DNA from: Neoechinorhynchus agilis
Taxonomy: Eukaryota > Animalia > Acanthocephala
DNA length: 64,000 bases
Reading direction: 5' to 3'
Assembly: GCA_051530055.1 (NCBI GenBank)
Contig: CM121342.1
Location: forward strand, 9,067,480 to 9,131,479
A program made the translations under genes and the position numbers. Shown one piece after another: positions 49,241 through 63,643 of the stretch. The notes under the pieces were generated by a model, which saw only the letters and a list, made by a program, of their open reading frames with translations, was not told the origin of the DNA and did not search any database. How positions within the stretch are numbered: the stretch's first letter is position 1; every line of letters begins with the position of its first letter.

Positions 49241-50345
49241 TATAGTTTCTTTTTCGTAATTTTGCCACCCCGCCCGGATTTAAATTCACTAATTTATTTC
49301 ACTTGTCGAATAATTCCGACATTTTCCCGACGTTTTTTCAGGTAGAAGCTTTAGTTTTTGCTTAAACGACCAAATTCCTTTTAGGAGAAAAAGAAAAGCT
49401 TTTATTTTTCACCGAAAAAAATGATAAAATCTTGGGAAAATGTCGAAATTATGAAACAAGTGAAATATCGGGGAAATAAATCAGTGAATTTAAATCCCGG
49501 AGTGGTAAAACTAAGAAAAAGAAGGTTTTTCAAGGTTTGTCCAGGTTGGAACTTTGGTTTATGCTTAAACGAGCAAATTAGCCTTAGGAGAAAAAGAAAA
49601 GCTTTTATTTTTCGCCGAAAACAATGATACAATCTTGGGAAAATGTCGGAATTATGAAACAAGTGAAATATCGGGAAAATAAATCAGTGAATTTAAATCC
49701 TGGAGTGGTAAAACTAAGAAAAAGAAGGTTTTCCCAAGGTTTGTCCAGGTAGGAACTTTGGTTTATGCTTAAACGAGCAAATTAGTCTTAGGAGAAAAAG
49801 AAAAGATTTTATTTTTCACCGAAAAAAATGATAAAATCTTGGGAAAACGTCGGAATTATCCAACAAGTGAAATATCGGGGAAATAACTAAGTAAATTTAA
49901 ATCCCCGGAGTGTCAAAACTAAGAAAAAGAAGGTTTTTTGAAGGTTTGTCCAGGTTGGAACTTTGGTTTATGCTTAAACGAGCAAATTAGTCTTAGGAGA
50001 AAAAGAAAAGATTTTATTTTCCACCGAAAAAAAAAATGATAAAATCTTGGGAAAACGTCGGAATTATCCAACAAGTGAAATATCGGGGAATAACTAAGTA
50101 AATTTAAATCCCCGGAGTGTCAAAACTAAGAAAAAGAAGGTTTTTTGAAGGTTTGTCCAGGTTGGAACTTTGGTTTATGCTTAAACGAGCAAATTAGTCT
50201 TAGGAGAAAAAGAAAAGAGTTTATTTTCCACCGAAAAAAATGATAAAATCTTGGGAAAACGTCGGAATTATCCGAGAAGTGAAATATCGGGGAGATAAAT
50301 CAGTGAATTTAAATCTCCGGAGTGTCAAAACTAAGAAAAAGAAAG
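49241..50345. mobile_element. Foldback element with ~205-bp internal units, inverted copy of 9898-10900
   Basis: Starts with the reverse complement of ~10680-10900, then about 5 units in the opposite sense. Confidence 0.88.
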
Positions 50346-51870
50346 TAAATATTTGAACTAAAAGTTCAAGGCGTGTTAAATTTGTGTAAATATCCTTTAC
50401 GTATTGATCGCTATTTATAAAAAAATATGGAACACAGAATAAAGATTTTTAATTAAAAATTCATTGTAGTATCGTATTTAAAGTTATTCTAAAGACTTGT
50501 TTAATGAAGTTTTATTTTTAAATTGACCCTTAGACGTGCTGTCGTAATCGTTGAATTCTATCTTGGTAGTTTCTTGAAGAAACCGTAAGAGGGAGAAAGG
50601 TCGGAAATGAAGATTCAATTTATCATTATAGCAGCCCTCTTCCAAGTGTCCATTTTCGAGGCTTCTTTAATGTTCCACGACATTATTACACTGGAATGAT
50701 TGCAATGAGTTCTTTCAATAACTGTTGATTTTACAAAAGATGATGATAACAAAAACTGAAGGACTTGCATAAGGTGTACACTTTACCTTATTCGACGGAA
50801 ATACCAAAAGGTAATCCAAAAAGTCTTCATTTCCCTCACCACCATCTCGTCGACATTTTCGCTTATATAGATTAACCGTGCATAGGACAGACTGATGCCA
50901 CCACGTGATCTTCAAGTGTCAAAGTCTCAATACGATATGACGTCTTGACTTTTAAAGGCATCTACTTTTTCAAAACAACTACTGGATTTTTTGTGATCTT
51001 AAATCCACGTCGATGTCGTTTTATTTGTAGCAAACTCCGGTTTATAACGGTAGGAACAAAACGACGGCCTTAACCACTGAAAAAAACGAGCGGAATTTAC
51101 CTAAATACACATCGCCATTCATGTGACTTTAGAATCTTAAAAAACAATTAAAAGTGCACCTTTTTTGAGTCAAGGTGCAAACACGATTTTGCTCTCCGAA
51201 TCGTGTTCCTAAGTCTATTTATGCAAAATAAAAGCTGATGCCATGGGTTAAACGAACTAACGTACTTAATGTTTCGTTTGTGTTCTCGAATTCACGACTA
51301 CCAAAAGTCCAAAGATCGACGTTTTGATTGCAAAAAAATTACACAAAAATGACCATTAATGTGACATGAGTTTTTTTGTGACCAAAAATATACAGTTTTT
51401 TGTGTAATTTTAAAATATGAGAAATTTGCGTATACGCGTTAAGCCTTTTAATTTTTTCAGGTTAACAAGTATGCACACGATTTTATCAGTCCTCTTCTTC
51501 ACGCTAATTCGTTGATGCACGCAAAGTTTACGGTCTTCGTAACCTTTCTCAGTTTAGAATTTTCGCCAAGAGAAGTTCCACCAAGCTAAGAAATACTGGT
51601 TTTGTCGTGATTTTAACTTCGGGAAGTTTGTACGTGTTTATGTCCTTTGCGACATCACTATTTAAAGGAGAATTACACGCTAATTTCACGGATATACTAA
51701 GGTGTTGGGGTATAACTTGGATAGCTTGTATCGTTAATCTATTGTCAACGATATGTGCGACCGATCGCGATGAATCTCCCCTTGCTTTGGACTTGTTTTA
51801 TCGACGGCACAATCCTGGATTTGTAGTTAAATTATTATTATTATAGAACAGCTCCTATTTTTGCTTGTGA

Positions 51871-52057
51871 TCTACACCAGCGGTAAATGATTATTTATTA
51901 AAGACTTCTTTGAACCTCCCTGGGTTCATCATCAGTTTGTTAGTTATTAAAAGACACTAACAAACTGATGATGATGAACTCGGTGAGGTTAATCATTTAC
52001 CGCGGGTGCAGACTTCTAAACAATAATTCCAATCACATTCCCCGCGGTACCTCACAT
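51871..52057. mobile_element. Second copy of the 44146 foldback element, inverted and partly deleted
   Basis: aatcatttaccgcgggtg.agacttctaaacaataattccaatcacattc is the reverse complement of ~44170-44220. Confidence 0.8.
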
Positions 52058-54376
52058 ATCGACATTTTGAGTTTTGAAAAAGAAGATTTTGTCAACACAA
52101 TTTAATTCATGAACTTTATCAATCATCCTGAATTTAAAATTCACTATCGTTTTGGTAATCAATGAACAATGGCTTCAATTTTTGATCATATTTCTTAACG
52201 GGAAATATATTTGATTACAACATTTAGAGGTGTGCATTGAAAAACTGATTCGCTCTATTGATCGCATTAATTTTCCTTGATCTCATTGAACTTTTATTTT
52301 TTGAATTGGATGGTATAAATTTTTGTTACATCTTTGCTTTAATTCATACATTTTAAGGCTTAAATTTTAAGATGATCACAGGTTACGCATAGAGTTTTTA
52401 TGCCTTAGAGATCGAGATAAATTATTGTTTCGGTGAACATTACATTGATTAAAATGTTTTCATTTTCAAATCTAAGTTTTCAGGTTATTTTCTCCAAATG
52501 TGAGAAACATTTGGGTTCTATAAGCTTAACAAAAATTAATTTTCAATCTAACAAAATTTCTACTGAACAATTATGTTTAAAAAAATGACGAGTAGATGTT
52601 CATATTTTTTGCTTTGTGAACAAATTTCTGTTTCGTTCTACATCAGTTTATCTTATAGACTCTTTCTTTTTAAAAAGAATTTCATCCTTTTAGGTTGAGG
52701 TTCATATTGGTCTAGTTTTTTGATTTGACTAATTTTTCGTGCTTTTTAAAAGTCCTGCTTGCGGTTGCAACCGAATTAATCGATGTTTGAATCGTTGTTT
52801 TTTAACAATCAAACTTTCGTCTTAATTTACGGAGAGTTCGTCTTCGAATTGTGTATATCAGATTGGTCTGTTGATCTTGTTTCGTGTTGATCTTTAAAAT
52901 GCAAGTTTATCTCAAATTTGACTTACATTTCAATCTTGGTTTACGACCTCCTCTTTTTTTAAGGCTAAGCAATGAAAATTTTCTATTTGGTTAAAGTTTT
53001 AAGTATTTTAAAATCTATATTTAATATTAAAAGTTTCCTTTTATGTTGTTCAATTCACATTTAGATGATATTAGTTTTTTCGCCTCATTCGAATTTCTTG
53101 ATTCTAAATTCCGTTCTACTAAAATCTTGGTCTACTAAAAAACTAAACTTTTTTTAATTATTTTAAACCTCGATTTCTTCGACCTAAATAGAATTAATTT
53201 CCTACTTTTGTTTTTCTATGATTTTTCCCAAAACAGGTTGTGGTGTGTTCAAAATCTCAAATATGTCGATATGTGGATAATCCCATTATAGATATAGGTT
53301 ACCTTGCCACGCAGAAATGAACCAAATATGTTGTTGTTGCGGTTTTCCACATTGGTAGAGACAACGGTATCCATCTGTTACATTGCTCGCCTCCGGCATT
53401 GGAACAGCATCTCGATTGCACATTGGATGTTGTTGTGGTGGTGGTAGTGGTGGTGGTGGTGGTGGCAGTAGCAATCACTAGTCAGTGCGAGCGGAACAAA
53501 AGTAGTGTGCACACGACATTCGTTTTTGATTTTTTCCGCCAGGAAAAGAAATGGAGTACTCATTAGTCACTGAGACCAGTGCCAATTTTAGACGACAATA
53601 GTTCCTCGGTCTGTTTTGCCTCTTGAAGGCTGCACGATAAATGTATGTTTTCTTCTTCTAGGTGATGTTTATCAATTATTGGTGTGTGTGTGTGTGTGGA
53701 TTAATAATAGATCCCCGATTAGAGATGTATTGCACGCAGGGAGAGAGAACAACACCAACAGCCTGGGACCCTTTTTTATGTATACGATTTGTTATCGATC
53801 ACCTATTTTTCCTATGTATACCAATCACATACGTTCACCATCAAATAATGTTTCCTTTTGACGAACCTCCTCCTCCTCCTATAGCCCAATAATACGCCAT
53901 TTGCTCGGGTCATCAAGGAAATCTTTCCCAATACCACCACCACCACCAGAAGCGGGAGTCTCGCCAATATCATGAACAAACCCTTTTTTGGTTCCATGTG
54001 TGCATGTGAACGAAATTGGAGATTAATGTGTATGCCATAGGCACTTCCTCTATTTTCAGCACTCATATTGCAGCCATCGCTTATGGCTTGTCGCATGTGT
54101 GAGCGAGAGAGAGAGGCTTAGAAGAAGAGCAGAAGAAAATGAACGAGTGCTCTGGGGGTGGATTAGTTGGGCGTTTTTTGAAAATGAGAAACCGAAACTC
54201 TTAAACGCGCCAAATTACGCACTTCTTGCACTTTCACTTCGTTCATTTCAGGTATTCGTCGGTCCCAATAGCGTTATTATAAAGTCGATTGGGATAGCAT
54301 AGTTTCGTAAAATCAGACCAAAACAACACACAGTATACAGTACGCTTCATTAAGACTGTTGTGCTGCTCCCCTTAT

Positions 54377-57147
54377 ATGGTGCCTTGGAACGACCCTGTT
54401 GAAATGAGAAAACTATTTGTTGGAGGAATTAATGTCAAAACTGAACCGAAGACTCTCTTGGCCTATTTCCAAGAGTTTGGCACAGTTGAAGAATGTGTTA
54501 TTTTAAGAGATGCGTTTACACAAAACTCACGGTATGTCATTTTTGTCCACATCTTCGCTAACAATCACTAATATACGCTCCAAACATAATAATAGGGGTT
54601 TCGGTTTCGTAACCTTTCAAGAAGTGGAATCAGCTGAAAAGGTTTTGAAACAACGGCAACACATCGTTGATGGAAAAAGAGTAAGTAGCCGCCATCTAAT
54701 TCTGTGTGCGTGTAATGAGTAGGCGGTTCATTGTTGTTGGAAATCCGAAACGAGTGCTACTGAACTTATGCTCTGTCATCATGACACGCTGAATTGACAA
54801 CAAAGAAAGAGTGTCTTTGGGGATGACAACCGAGATAATTCTCACCTTATGTTCATCACCAATACATCCTCTTGAGAAGTGGCTTTTGGGATTGATGTTT
54901 CAGGGATGTCTTTTTTTGTGGTAGGTGAACGTAAAAAGTCGGTAATCACATAAAAAAAGGTATAATAGCCGAAATTTGCCTGTCATTTTTCGGGTGTGCC
55001 TTTTTTAAAACTAAGTACAGTAGCACTTGGGTTTGCAAATAAAACAACAACAACAAAGAACCGATTTAAGTGTAATGTAACCGAACCACACAAAAAATGA
55101 TTATTTACCATTTAGATCGATCCCAAAATGGCCATTCCAAGAGAAGGAGAGGTAAGTCGCATTTGTGGTGAATGTCTAAGAATCTCAGTGTGCTAAGAGA
55201 AATGCGGAGAAACGTAATAGACCGGCATTATACCTTAAGGGAGTCTAATGGCTTTTATAGTCGGATTTAACCTGAACGTGTCGGTATTAGTCGGGTTTGC
55301 GTCCACCGCTCTGCCATCATCTACTAATGTATTTGCCTGAAGGTTTTGGTTGTGTGTGTGAGCGAGTGAAGATACCTCCCTCATTATGACGTTTCTTACC
55401 TGAACGTCAGTGAGTTGAACGGTTGTGTGAGATCCACTTCCCAAATCCCGATATTTCCTGCACCCGTTACTCGTAATTCTCCTCTGTTGCTCCATGCGCT
55501 CTGATTTCCTTCCCTATATGGGCTGCTCATCATCTTCCGCCTCAGTACGGGAGTAGCAACTCATTTGTGTCGCTTTTCGATCGAAACCATAAGCGTGTCT
55601 CTCTCTTTTTCTTCACCACACACGGCGGCGGCATTGCTTTTCCTCTACTTAGAAGAGATGGTAGTAGTAGTGCCGTCGATGTTGGTAGTGGTGGTTGGTG
55701 GCACAGCCCCACACGAAGACGTAGTTGTGGTGATTGATGAAATGCACTCCTTTCCAGACCCTACAACGATATGCTGCTGCAGGTCAACTTCATTAACGAC
55801 CGATATTTTTAAGAAATCACCAAGTGACAAAAAGCGGGGTTATTTTAATCGAACATGTCAATTCCGTTCCGAATATCGACAGTTCCACCACCAAAACCGG
55901 TCCGTTTCTCAAACCTGTGGCCTTCGCCGTTCAGCCACGCTTTACCTCCTTTTTTAAATTCTCGTTAAGATACTGATAAAGACCAAAAAAGCGTTTGTTG
56001 GAGGACTCAGTTCAAACACTACATCTGAAGACCTTCGTAAATATTTTGAAACATTTGGACCGGTATGAATTTTTTTAGCTAACACTTTTCTCCTCGGTTC
56101 TACATTGGTTTTTTGTCTGCCAAGGTTGAGGATGTTACACTCATGTACGATAGAGCAACCCAAAGGCATCGGGGGTTTGGGTTTGTGACTTTCGAAACCG
56201 AAGAAACCTGTGAGCATGTTGTCAATGTTCATTATCACCGTATAAATGAACGCCGAGTGGAATGCAAACGGGCACAACCAAAGGAAGTAATGTGGGCTAA
56301 TTCGATGGCTAACAAGAATAACGCAACCAATGTTATGATGAATGGAGCAACGGCAACCAATGATATGTTTGCAACTGCACCAATGGGCGGTACGGACATG
56401 AGTCTGTCTGGAATGTTTGACCAAAGTTTACATCTAGGAGGACCACCGCCACCGCCACCACCACCACCACCACCCACTGCAGCAGCAGCACAGGGTGCCC
56501 CCTTCGATCCGTATCAAATGATGGCACGTCCCTATGGATTTAACCCATTTCCAATAATCCCAGCCGCACCCATTCCGACATTTGCACCTCAACTTATGCA
56601 CACTAATCCGACCATAATGAATCCAATGCAACAAACGATGCCTGCCCAATATCATCACCATCATCATTCCCAAACATCTACTCAATCGTCGTCCATCGAT
56701 CCAACAACGGCACAACCACCACCGAACTACGAATTTCTGGCTGCGTTTTTACAAGCTCAACAACAAGCTGTTACAGCGGCCCAAGCCCAACATCAACCCA
56801 TATATTCTCAGACCGTACCTGCGGCTAACATATATCCTCAATACGAATGTACACGACCAAGTTTTCTCAGTTTTATGAACTATATGACACTTCATAATCT
56901 ATACCAACAACAACAAGCTGCTCAAATGGCAGTCTATTCAACTCCAACTATAAACGGAGTCATCAATGGTCATTATGAACAACCGGCCACTAATGCTGTT
57001 TATGATCCACAAGAACCGGAAACCCAGAGTTCTGCGAGTCATATGGTCGCTGACGAAAGCAATGTTGTTGTTGGGGATGATGAAGCTGGTGGTGCATCTA
57101 CCGTTGTTCCTAATCGACACGACTGTGAAGGCGGAATCACTAACTGA
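54377..57147 (+). CDS. MSI: Musashi RNA-binding protein (2 RRMs plus Pro/Gln/Ala-rich tail), five exons
   Basis: [23 protein letters not shown] and [32 protein letters not shown]; four canonical GT-AG introns. Confidence 0.93.
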
Positions 57148-57895
57148 TTCCGCCTCTCGTGATGTGTACATGCGAGTGTGCTCAATTGTGTGCGTGACTT
57201 ACCTCACAGACATATTTCAAAAACACAACGAGAACAACAACTCAATCATTTTAATGGAGTACACATTTGAAAACAAAAAACAAAATTGGATACATGGATA
57301 ATCGCGCACACTCGCCTATACTACACCCACAATACCAACAAAAAAGGGAACATCCAAATACACGTTTTTCCCCCAAACATTTTTTATCATGATGAGAGCC
57401 AAGTGCTTTGTGTGAACGGGAATAGGGCAAACGTTTTACAGCATCTTCAAAAATATTTGTGGTAACACCATAGATTTTGTCCCGGGCGTTCTTAACCAAG
57501 CTTCCTTTTTTGGGTATTTATTGGAATTTTTTAGGTTCCTTCGATAAATTCCATTTATCGCTACAATGAAGAGCTCGATTCAAGTGATAAGCAATGACTG
57601 AGCACTATATGTTAGTGCTGGAAGATCGACTTATAAAAATACCATTGAAATAGTGCATTATCGCTTATTGATGGAGATTGTTTGCTATGAATTGGCTACG
57701 GAGGGTAGGCGCTTCGTCAATCTTATGCAGTGGATCGTCGTTTATATGCAAATTAATTAGGACCGAACATCATTCTGGGATAACCGAAAACCCAATGTGA
57801 TTTAAGTTTTTAATGTTAGACTACAGATATCAAAGTTCTTGAGGGAAAGTGGTTTAAGAAAAGCGAAATTGCGATAGAATTACATAATTTTAGCT

Positions 57896-60800
57896 TTATT
57901 CGTGAAAATAATCACTTATTTTATCTCTTTTTACCATTGCACACCTTAATTTTTTGTTGTCTTTTATGTGTATGATTTCTTTAGAGGTTAAAGAAAGGGA
58001 GAGGTGGGGTGGTGAATGGGTGATGAGGGTGAGATTGTCGGCGTATAAGAAGAGTTTAGAGTGAGAGGAGAGAGGTTCGAGGTCGTTTATTAAAATACTA
58101 AAAAGAAGTGGTGGCAGTACATCACTTTGAGGTACGTCTTCGGTGAGGGATAGGCTGATAGAAGAGATAGAACGGCAGTGAATGTGTTGTTTGCGATTGT
58201 GAAGATAAGATTCGAGCCAGCGGAACTGCCACAAGTTGAGACCAAAATCGGAGCAGGCCGGAGAAGGAGTGAATGGTCCATGTAGTCGAATGCTTTTGGT
58301 CAATCCAGTTGAATGAGACGGGTGACGTGGAAGGGATTATTGTCGAGGTTACGTTGAAGCGTGTCATAAATTCAAAGTAGGGCATCGGTAGCAGAAAATC
58401 TGGGTCGGAAGCCAAATTGTAGGGGCGATAACTTTTCGTGGAGAAATGAAAGATGGCGAGATTTAAAACATTTTTCGATGATTTTTGAAGGAGCGGATAG
58501 AATGGAAATCGGACGGAATGATTCGGCCGAAGTAGGATGCCTTTTTTTGGAACGAGTATTACTTTGGCAGTTTTTGGGCAAGAGCGGTAGATGTCATTTA
58601 AAAAGCTGAGGTTCATAATGTGGGTAAGAGGGTCGAGAAGTTCGGGGAATATGCAGCGAAGAGCCCAGTTTGGGATTTCGTATTGAGAGGACGAATTTTT
58701 AGGTAATTTCATTAGATACTTTAGTACTTCATATGATGAAACTAAGGGGAGTATTGGCGAGTTGACAAAAGTTTCAGGCGTGGGCGTGAAAGATTGTATG
58801 GATACTGATGTTGAGCAGTGATTGTAAATTGAGTCAGGGCAGAGGTTCTGATTAATCGAATCTAGAACCTGTTTTAATTCAGTGGAGGACGAATTAGGGA
58901 AGGGATCAACGTTGCGTAGACTAAGAGAGTCCTTGACGGCCCGCCACCATGTTGAATTGCAACCTGATCGAATTTTAGAGGAGAGAAAGTTTTTGCGGCG
59001 GTAAGTATTTTGCTAGTAAGTGCCTTTTGTAAACGGGGAGAGTCTGGGGAGTTATTGCCATGGGCCTTAGAAGCTTGCCTTTGAAGAAGTTTCAAAATGG
59101 GCATTATCCATGGAGGGGCGCGGTTGGAGATCCTAATGAATTTCTTGGGATTTGCCGAAGCTAGAAAATTTTTATGATTGAGGTTATGGAGGGCATGGCC
59201 AAAGAAGGGTCATTTGTGTGGTCAGAGTGGAATGGGCGAATATTAGAGTTGAACAATTTTATAAAAAGAAATTTATGTGATGATCACGTTTATCCCGGAC
59301 TGCCCTGCAATTAAGAAATGGTGTGAATTTGTGGAGTTTATAAGCTCTATCATAGAGTCAAATTGGAGCAAGGAGGACTCAGTTCGAGAGGCAGGAGGGC
59401 AATAGACGCCAGCAACGGCGAATTCTCTAAGGCCGTTTCTCAGAGGAACTAGGAAATGGACTGCGATGAATTCTAGGTTGGGGTTTTGTAGAGAGCCTCT
59501 GAGATATAAAGAGTAAAGTAACGATTGCCGTACGTAACGGTCCTCGCTGCATGTATGGAAGGAAGAGTACCCGGGAAGGATGGCTGAATCGCTGTTCGAG
59601 GGGGTAAGCCATGTTTCTGTTAAGATGACTACGTCGGCTTTTGAGGTACATGAAATGAGTGAAATTTCACCTAGTTTAGAAAGGTGGCAACGAGTATTGG
59701 AGTAAAAAACGTTGGGGAAGGGATTTTTGGATTAAGGGAAATCGGGGGTCGGAAGTGAGGGAAATTGGTGGGTTATGGGAGGAATCGTTACGGGACGCCG
59801 ATAAAGAACGATTGATTATCCCAAAGGGAGTAGTCCGGGGCGATCCAAAAATTGGAGTTGGGTGAGCGAATGGTAATGATAGAAATGATTTTATGGTTGG
59901 GACTTTGCATGGATCAACTACGGTTGTATGGGTTGATTTATGGTGATTTTGAGTAGGAGTAGAGAGATTACTAAAAGTGACGGGTTACATTGGGAGGATG
60001 AGTTCTGGGTTGAGCTTAGAGTGAAGGTGGGAAGATTTTGTGATGCGTTCTTTTGTGGATAGATACGAAAAGAGAATTGAGGAGTTTGTATCTCCTGTTA
60101 TGAAAGAGGAGGCTACGAATGGCGAAATAAAAGTTACTTTGAGGAGACGTGGTCCCGGGTTAAAGGAATTTTTCGGTGGAATGCGCATAACTGTTAATGG
60201 GGGAGGAATAGTAGAGTGAATGTCGGGGAAAAGGAGTTGACCGATTCGAAGGATTTGGTGGATGTTGTGTGCATCAGCGACGACAGGATCTGTAGCAGGA
60301 GCTTCCGGCATACCAGAAGTAAAAATGGTGCGATTTCTATCATCGAGGGAGGAGTGCATGATGCGATGAGTCGAATTCAGAGCAACGAGGGATGACAGTG
60401 GTGGTGGAGAAGGCGTATCTTTACCGAAATGAATCGAAGGGCGTTCAGATGTTTCTTCGACCTTTTGTTGGACTGTAGCTTTCTCAGTAATTACTTCAGC
60501 TGGATCGCTTTCTTTTTTATCGTTACCTTTTATCCCAGTCACAATATCAGACTCCACGGTAATTTCAGAATCATTAAATACTACGGGCTGAATATCCTCT
60601 AAGGGTGGTACCAAGTCCCTAGTAAAAATCGCAATATTCTCAGTCTTTAGAACATCATTCGTTTCCAACAAATCTTCATTCGAGTTTAGCATACTGATGG
60701 AATCTACCAAAACCTTATTTTCCTTCGTGGTCGCTTGACTATCCAATTTCGGTAAACCTTTAGTATGTTTCTTATAATTCACCCTTGAAACCTTTGCCTG

Positions 60801-60956
60801 CCGTTTTCAACCGTCAGCTTTCTTCCCTTTGCACTTTTTGACTTCGATCAACTGTTCATTTTTGAGAGCTTCCGTTAATATATCCTTAACCGTGCTCATC
60901 ACTTCAATTAATGAGTCCTTTAGAGTTTCAGTGTCCGATTCTCGTTCACCGTTCAT
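57896..60956 (-). mobile_element. Decayed near-full-length L2/CR1/Jockey-type LINE (ORF1, endonuclease, RT)
   Basis: ORF1 from ATG 60956 with one internal stop (NRTIFTSGMPE, PRLLKVTF); endonuclease ILTETWL; RT FRPISIL, QFGFR, KAFD, VPQ..LPPLLF, YADN. Confidence 0.88.
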
Positions 60957-61019
60957 TGATGTGAGGACGTTGACGAGAGCGGACGTTCACGAGATAGACG
61001 ACGTAGGCTCAAGAGTTCA

Positions 61020-63643
61020 AAAAAACTCAAATCCCAAAATAACTAACATATTCTATAAAACCCAAAATAGTAGCAGTGTAAACACTTTTCGAATGCAAGA
61101 TAAATCATACTTACGATCGAAATTACGTTAGGCTAAATAATTTTATGAAAAATTGATTTCACCTCGCTTCTCCTTTGGCTTGGGACTTATTTTAATGTTC
61201 CAAATAAAAAACAACAAAAAACCAAAAACAAAACACCAAACAAGATAAATCATACTTACGACAAAATTTAATGTTCCAAATAAAAAATTCAAATCCCAAA
61301 ATAACTAACAGATTCTATAAAACCCAAAATAGTAGCAGTGTAAACACTTTTCAAATGCAAGATAAATCATACTTACGATCGAAATTACGTTAGGCTAAAT
61401 AATTTTATGAAAAATTGATTTCACCTCGCTTCTCCTTTGGCTTGGGACTTATTTTAATGTTCCAAATAAAAAATTCAAATCCCAAAATAACTAACAGATT
61501 CTATAAAACCCAAAATAGTAGCAGTGTAAACACTTTTCAAATGCAAGATAAATCATACTTACGATCGAAATTACGTTAGGCTAAATAATTTTATGAAAAA
61601 TTGATTTCACCTCGCTTCTCCTTTGGCTTGGGACTTATTTTAATGTTCCAAATAAAAAAATTCAAATCCCAAAATAACTAACAGATTCTATAAAACCCAA
61701 AATAGTAGCAGTGTAAACACTTTTCAAATGCAAGATAAATCATACTTACGATCGAAATTACGTTAGGCTAAATAATTTTATGAAAAATTGATTTCACCTC
61801 GCTCTCCGGCGGGACTTATTTTAATGTTCCAAATAAAAAAATTCAAATCCCAAAATAACTAACAGATTCTATAAAACCCAAAATAGTAGCAGTGTAAACA
61901 CTTTTCAAATGCAAGATAAATCATACTTACGATCGAAATTACGTTAGGCTATAATTTTATGAAAAATTGATTTCACCTCGCTTCTCCTTTGGCTTGGGAC
62001 TTATTTTAATGTTCCAAATAAAAAAATTCAAATCCCAAAATAACTAACAGATTCTATAAAACCCAAAATAGTAGCAGTGTAAACACTTTTCAAATGCAAG
62101 ATAAATCATACTTACGATCGAAATTACGTTAGGCTAAATAATTTTATGAAAAATTGATTTCACCTCGCTTCTCCTTTGGCTTGGGACTTATTTTAATGTT
62201 CCAAATAAAAAAATTCAAATCCCAAAATAACTAACAGATTCTATAAAACCCAAAATAGTAGCAGTGTAAACACTTTTCAAATGCAAGATAAATCATACTT
62301 ACGATCGAAATTACGTTAGGCTAAATAATTTTATGAAAAATTGATTTCACCTCGCTTCTCCTTTGGCTTGGGACTTATTTTAATGTTCCAAATAAAAAAA
62401 TTCAAATCCCAAATAACTAACAGTTATAACCCAAAATAGTAGCAGTGTAAACACTTTTCAAATGCAAGATAAATCATACTTACGATCGAAATTACGTTAG
62501 GCTAAATAATTTTATGAAAAATTGATTTCACCTCGCTTCTCCTTTGGCTTGGGACTTATTTTAATGTTCCAAATAAAAAAATTCAAATCCCAAAATAACT
62601 AACAGATTCTATAAAACCCAAAATAGTAGCAGTGTAAACACTTTTCAAATGCAAGATAAATCATACTTACGATCGAAATTACGTTAGGCTAAATAATTTT
62701 ATGAAAAATTGATTTCACCTCGCTTCTCCTTTGGCTTGGGACTTATTTTAATGTTCCAAATAAAAAAATTCAAATCCCAAAATAACTAACAGATTCTATA
62801 AAACCCAAAATAGTAGCAGTGTAAACACTTTTCAAATGCAAGATAAATCATACTTACGATCGAAATTACGTTAGGCTAAATAATTTTATGAAAAATTGAT
62901 TTCACCTCGCTTCTCCTTTGGCTTGGGACTTATTTTAATGTTCCAAATAAAAAAATTCAAATCCCAAAATAACTAACAGATTCTATAAAACCCAAAATAG
63001 TAGCAGTGTAAACACTTTTCAAATGCAAGATAAATCATACTTACGATCGAAATTACGTTAGGCTAAATAATTTTATGAAAAATTGATTTCACCTCGCTTC
63101 TCCTTTGGCTTGGGACTTATTTTAATGTTCCAAATAAAAAAATTCAAATCCCAAAATAACTAACAGATTCTATAAAACCCAAAATAGTAGCAGTGTAAAC
63201 ACTTTTCAAATGCAAGATAAATCATACTTACGATCGAAATTACGTTAGGCTAAATAATTTTATGAAAAATTGATTTCACCTCGCTTCTCCTTTGGCTTGG
63301 GACTTATTTTAATGTTCCAAATAAAAAAATTCAAATCCCAAAATAACTAACAGATTCTATAAAACCCAAAATAGTAGCAGTGTAAACACTTTTCAAATGC
63401 AAGATAAATCATACTTACGATCGAAATTACGTTAGGCTAAATAATTTTATGAAAAATTGATTTCACCTCGTTCTCCTTTGGCTTGGGACTTTAATGTTCC
63501 AAATAAAAAAATTCAAATCCCAAAATAACTAACAGATTCTATAAAACCCAAAATAGTAGCAGTGTAAACACTTTTCAAATGCAAGATAAATCATACTTAC
63601 GATCGAAATTACGTTAGGCTAAATAATTTTATGAAAAATTGAT
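61020..63643. repeat. 187-bp tandem array, about 14 near-identical units
   Basis: taactaacagattctataaaacc...aaattcaaatcccaaaa, period 187 (62041 to 62228). Confidence 0.97.

Noticed and set aside
50770-50790. Mini TA-AGGT...ACCT-TA element (19 nt)
   Set aside because: Only 4-bp repeats; removal does not restore a long frame and no gene is recognised there.
53286-54096. Short Pro/His-rich ORFs upstream of Musashi
   Set aside because: Driven by GGT/CAC and GT microsatellites; no recognisable domain or consistent splice pattern.
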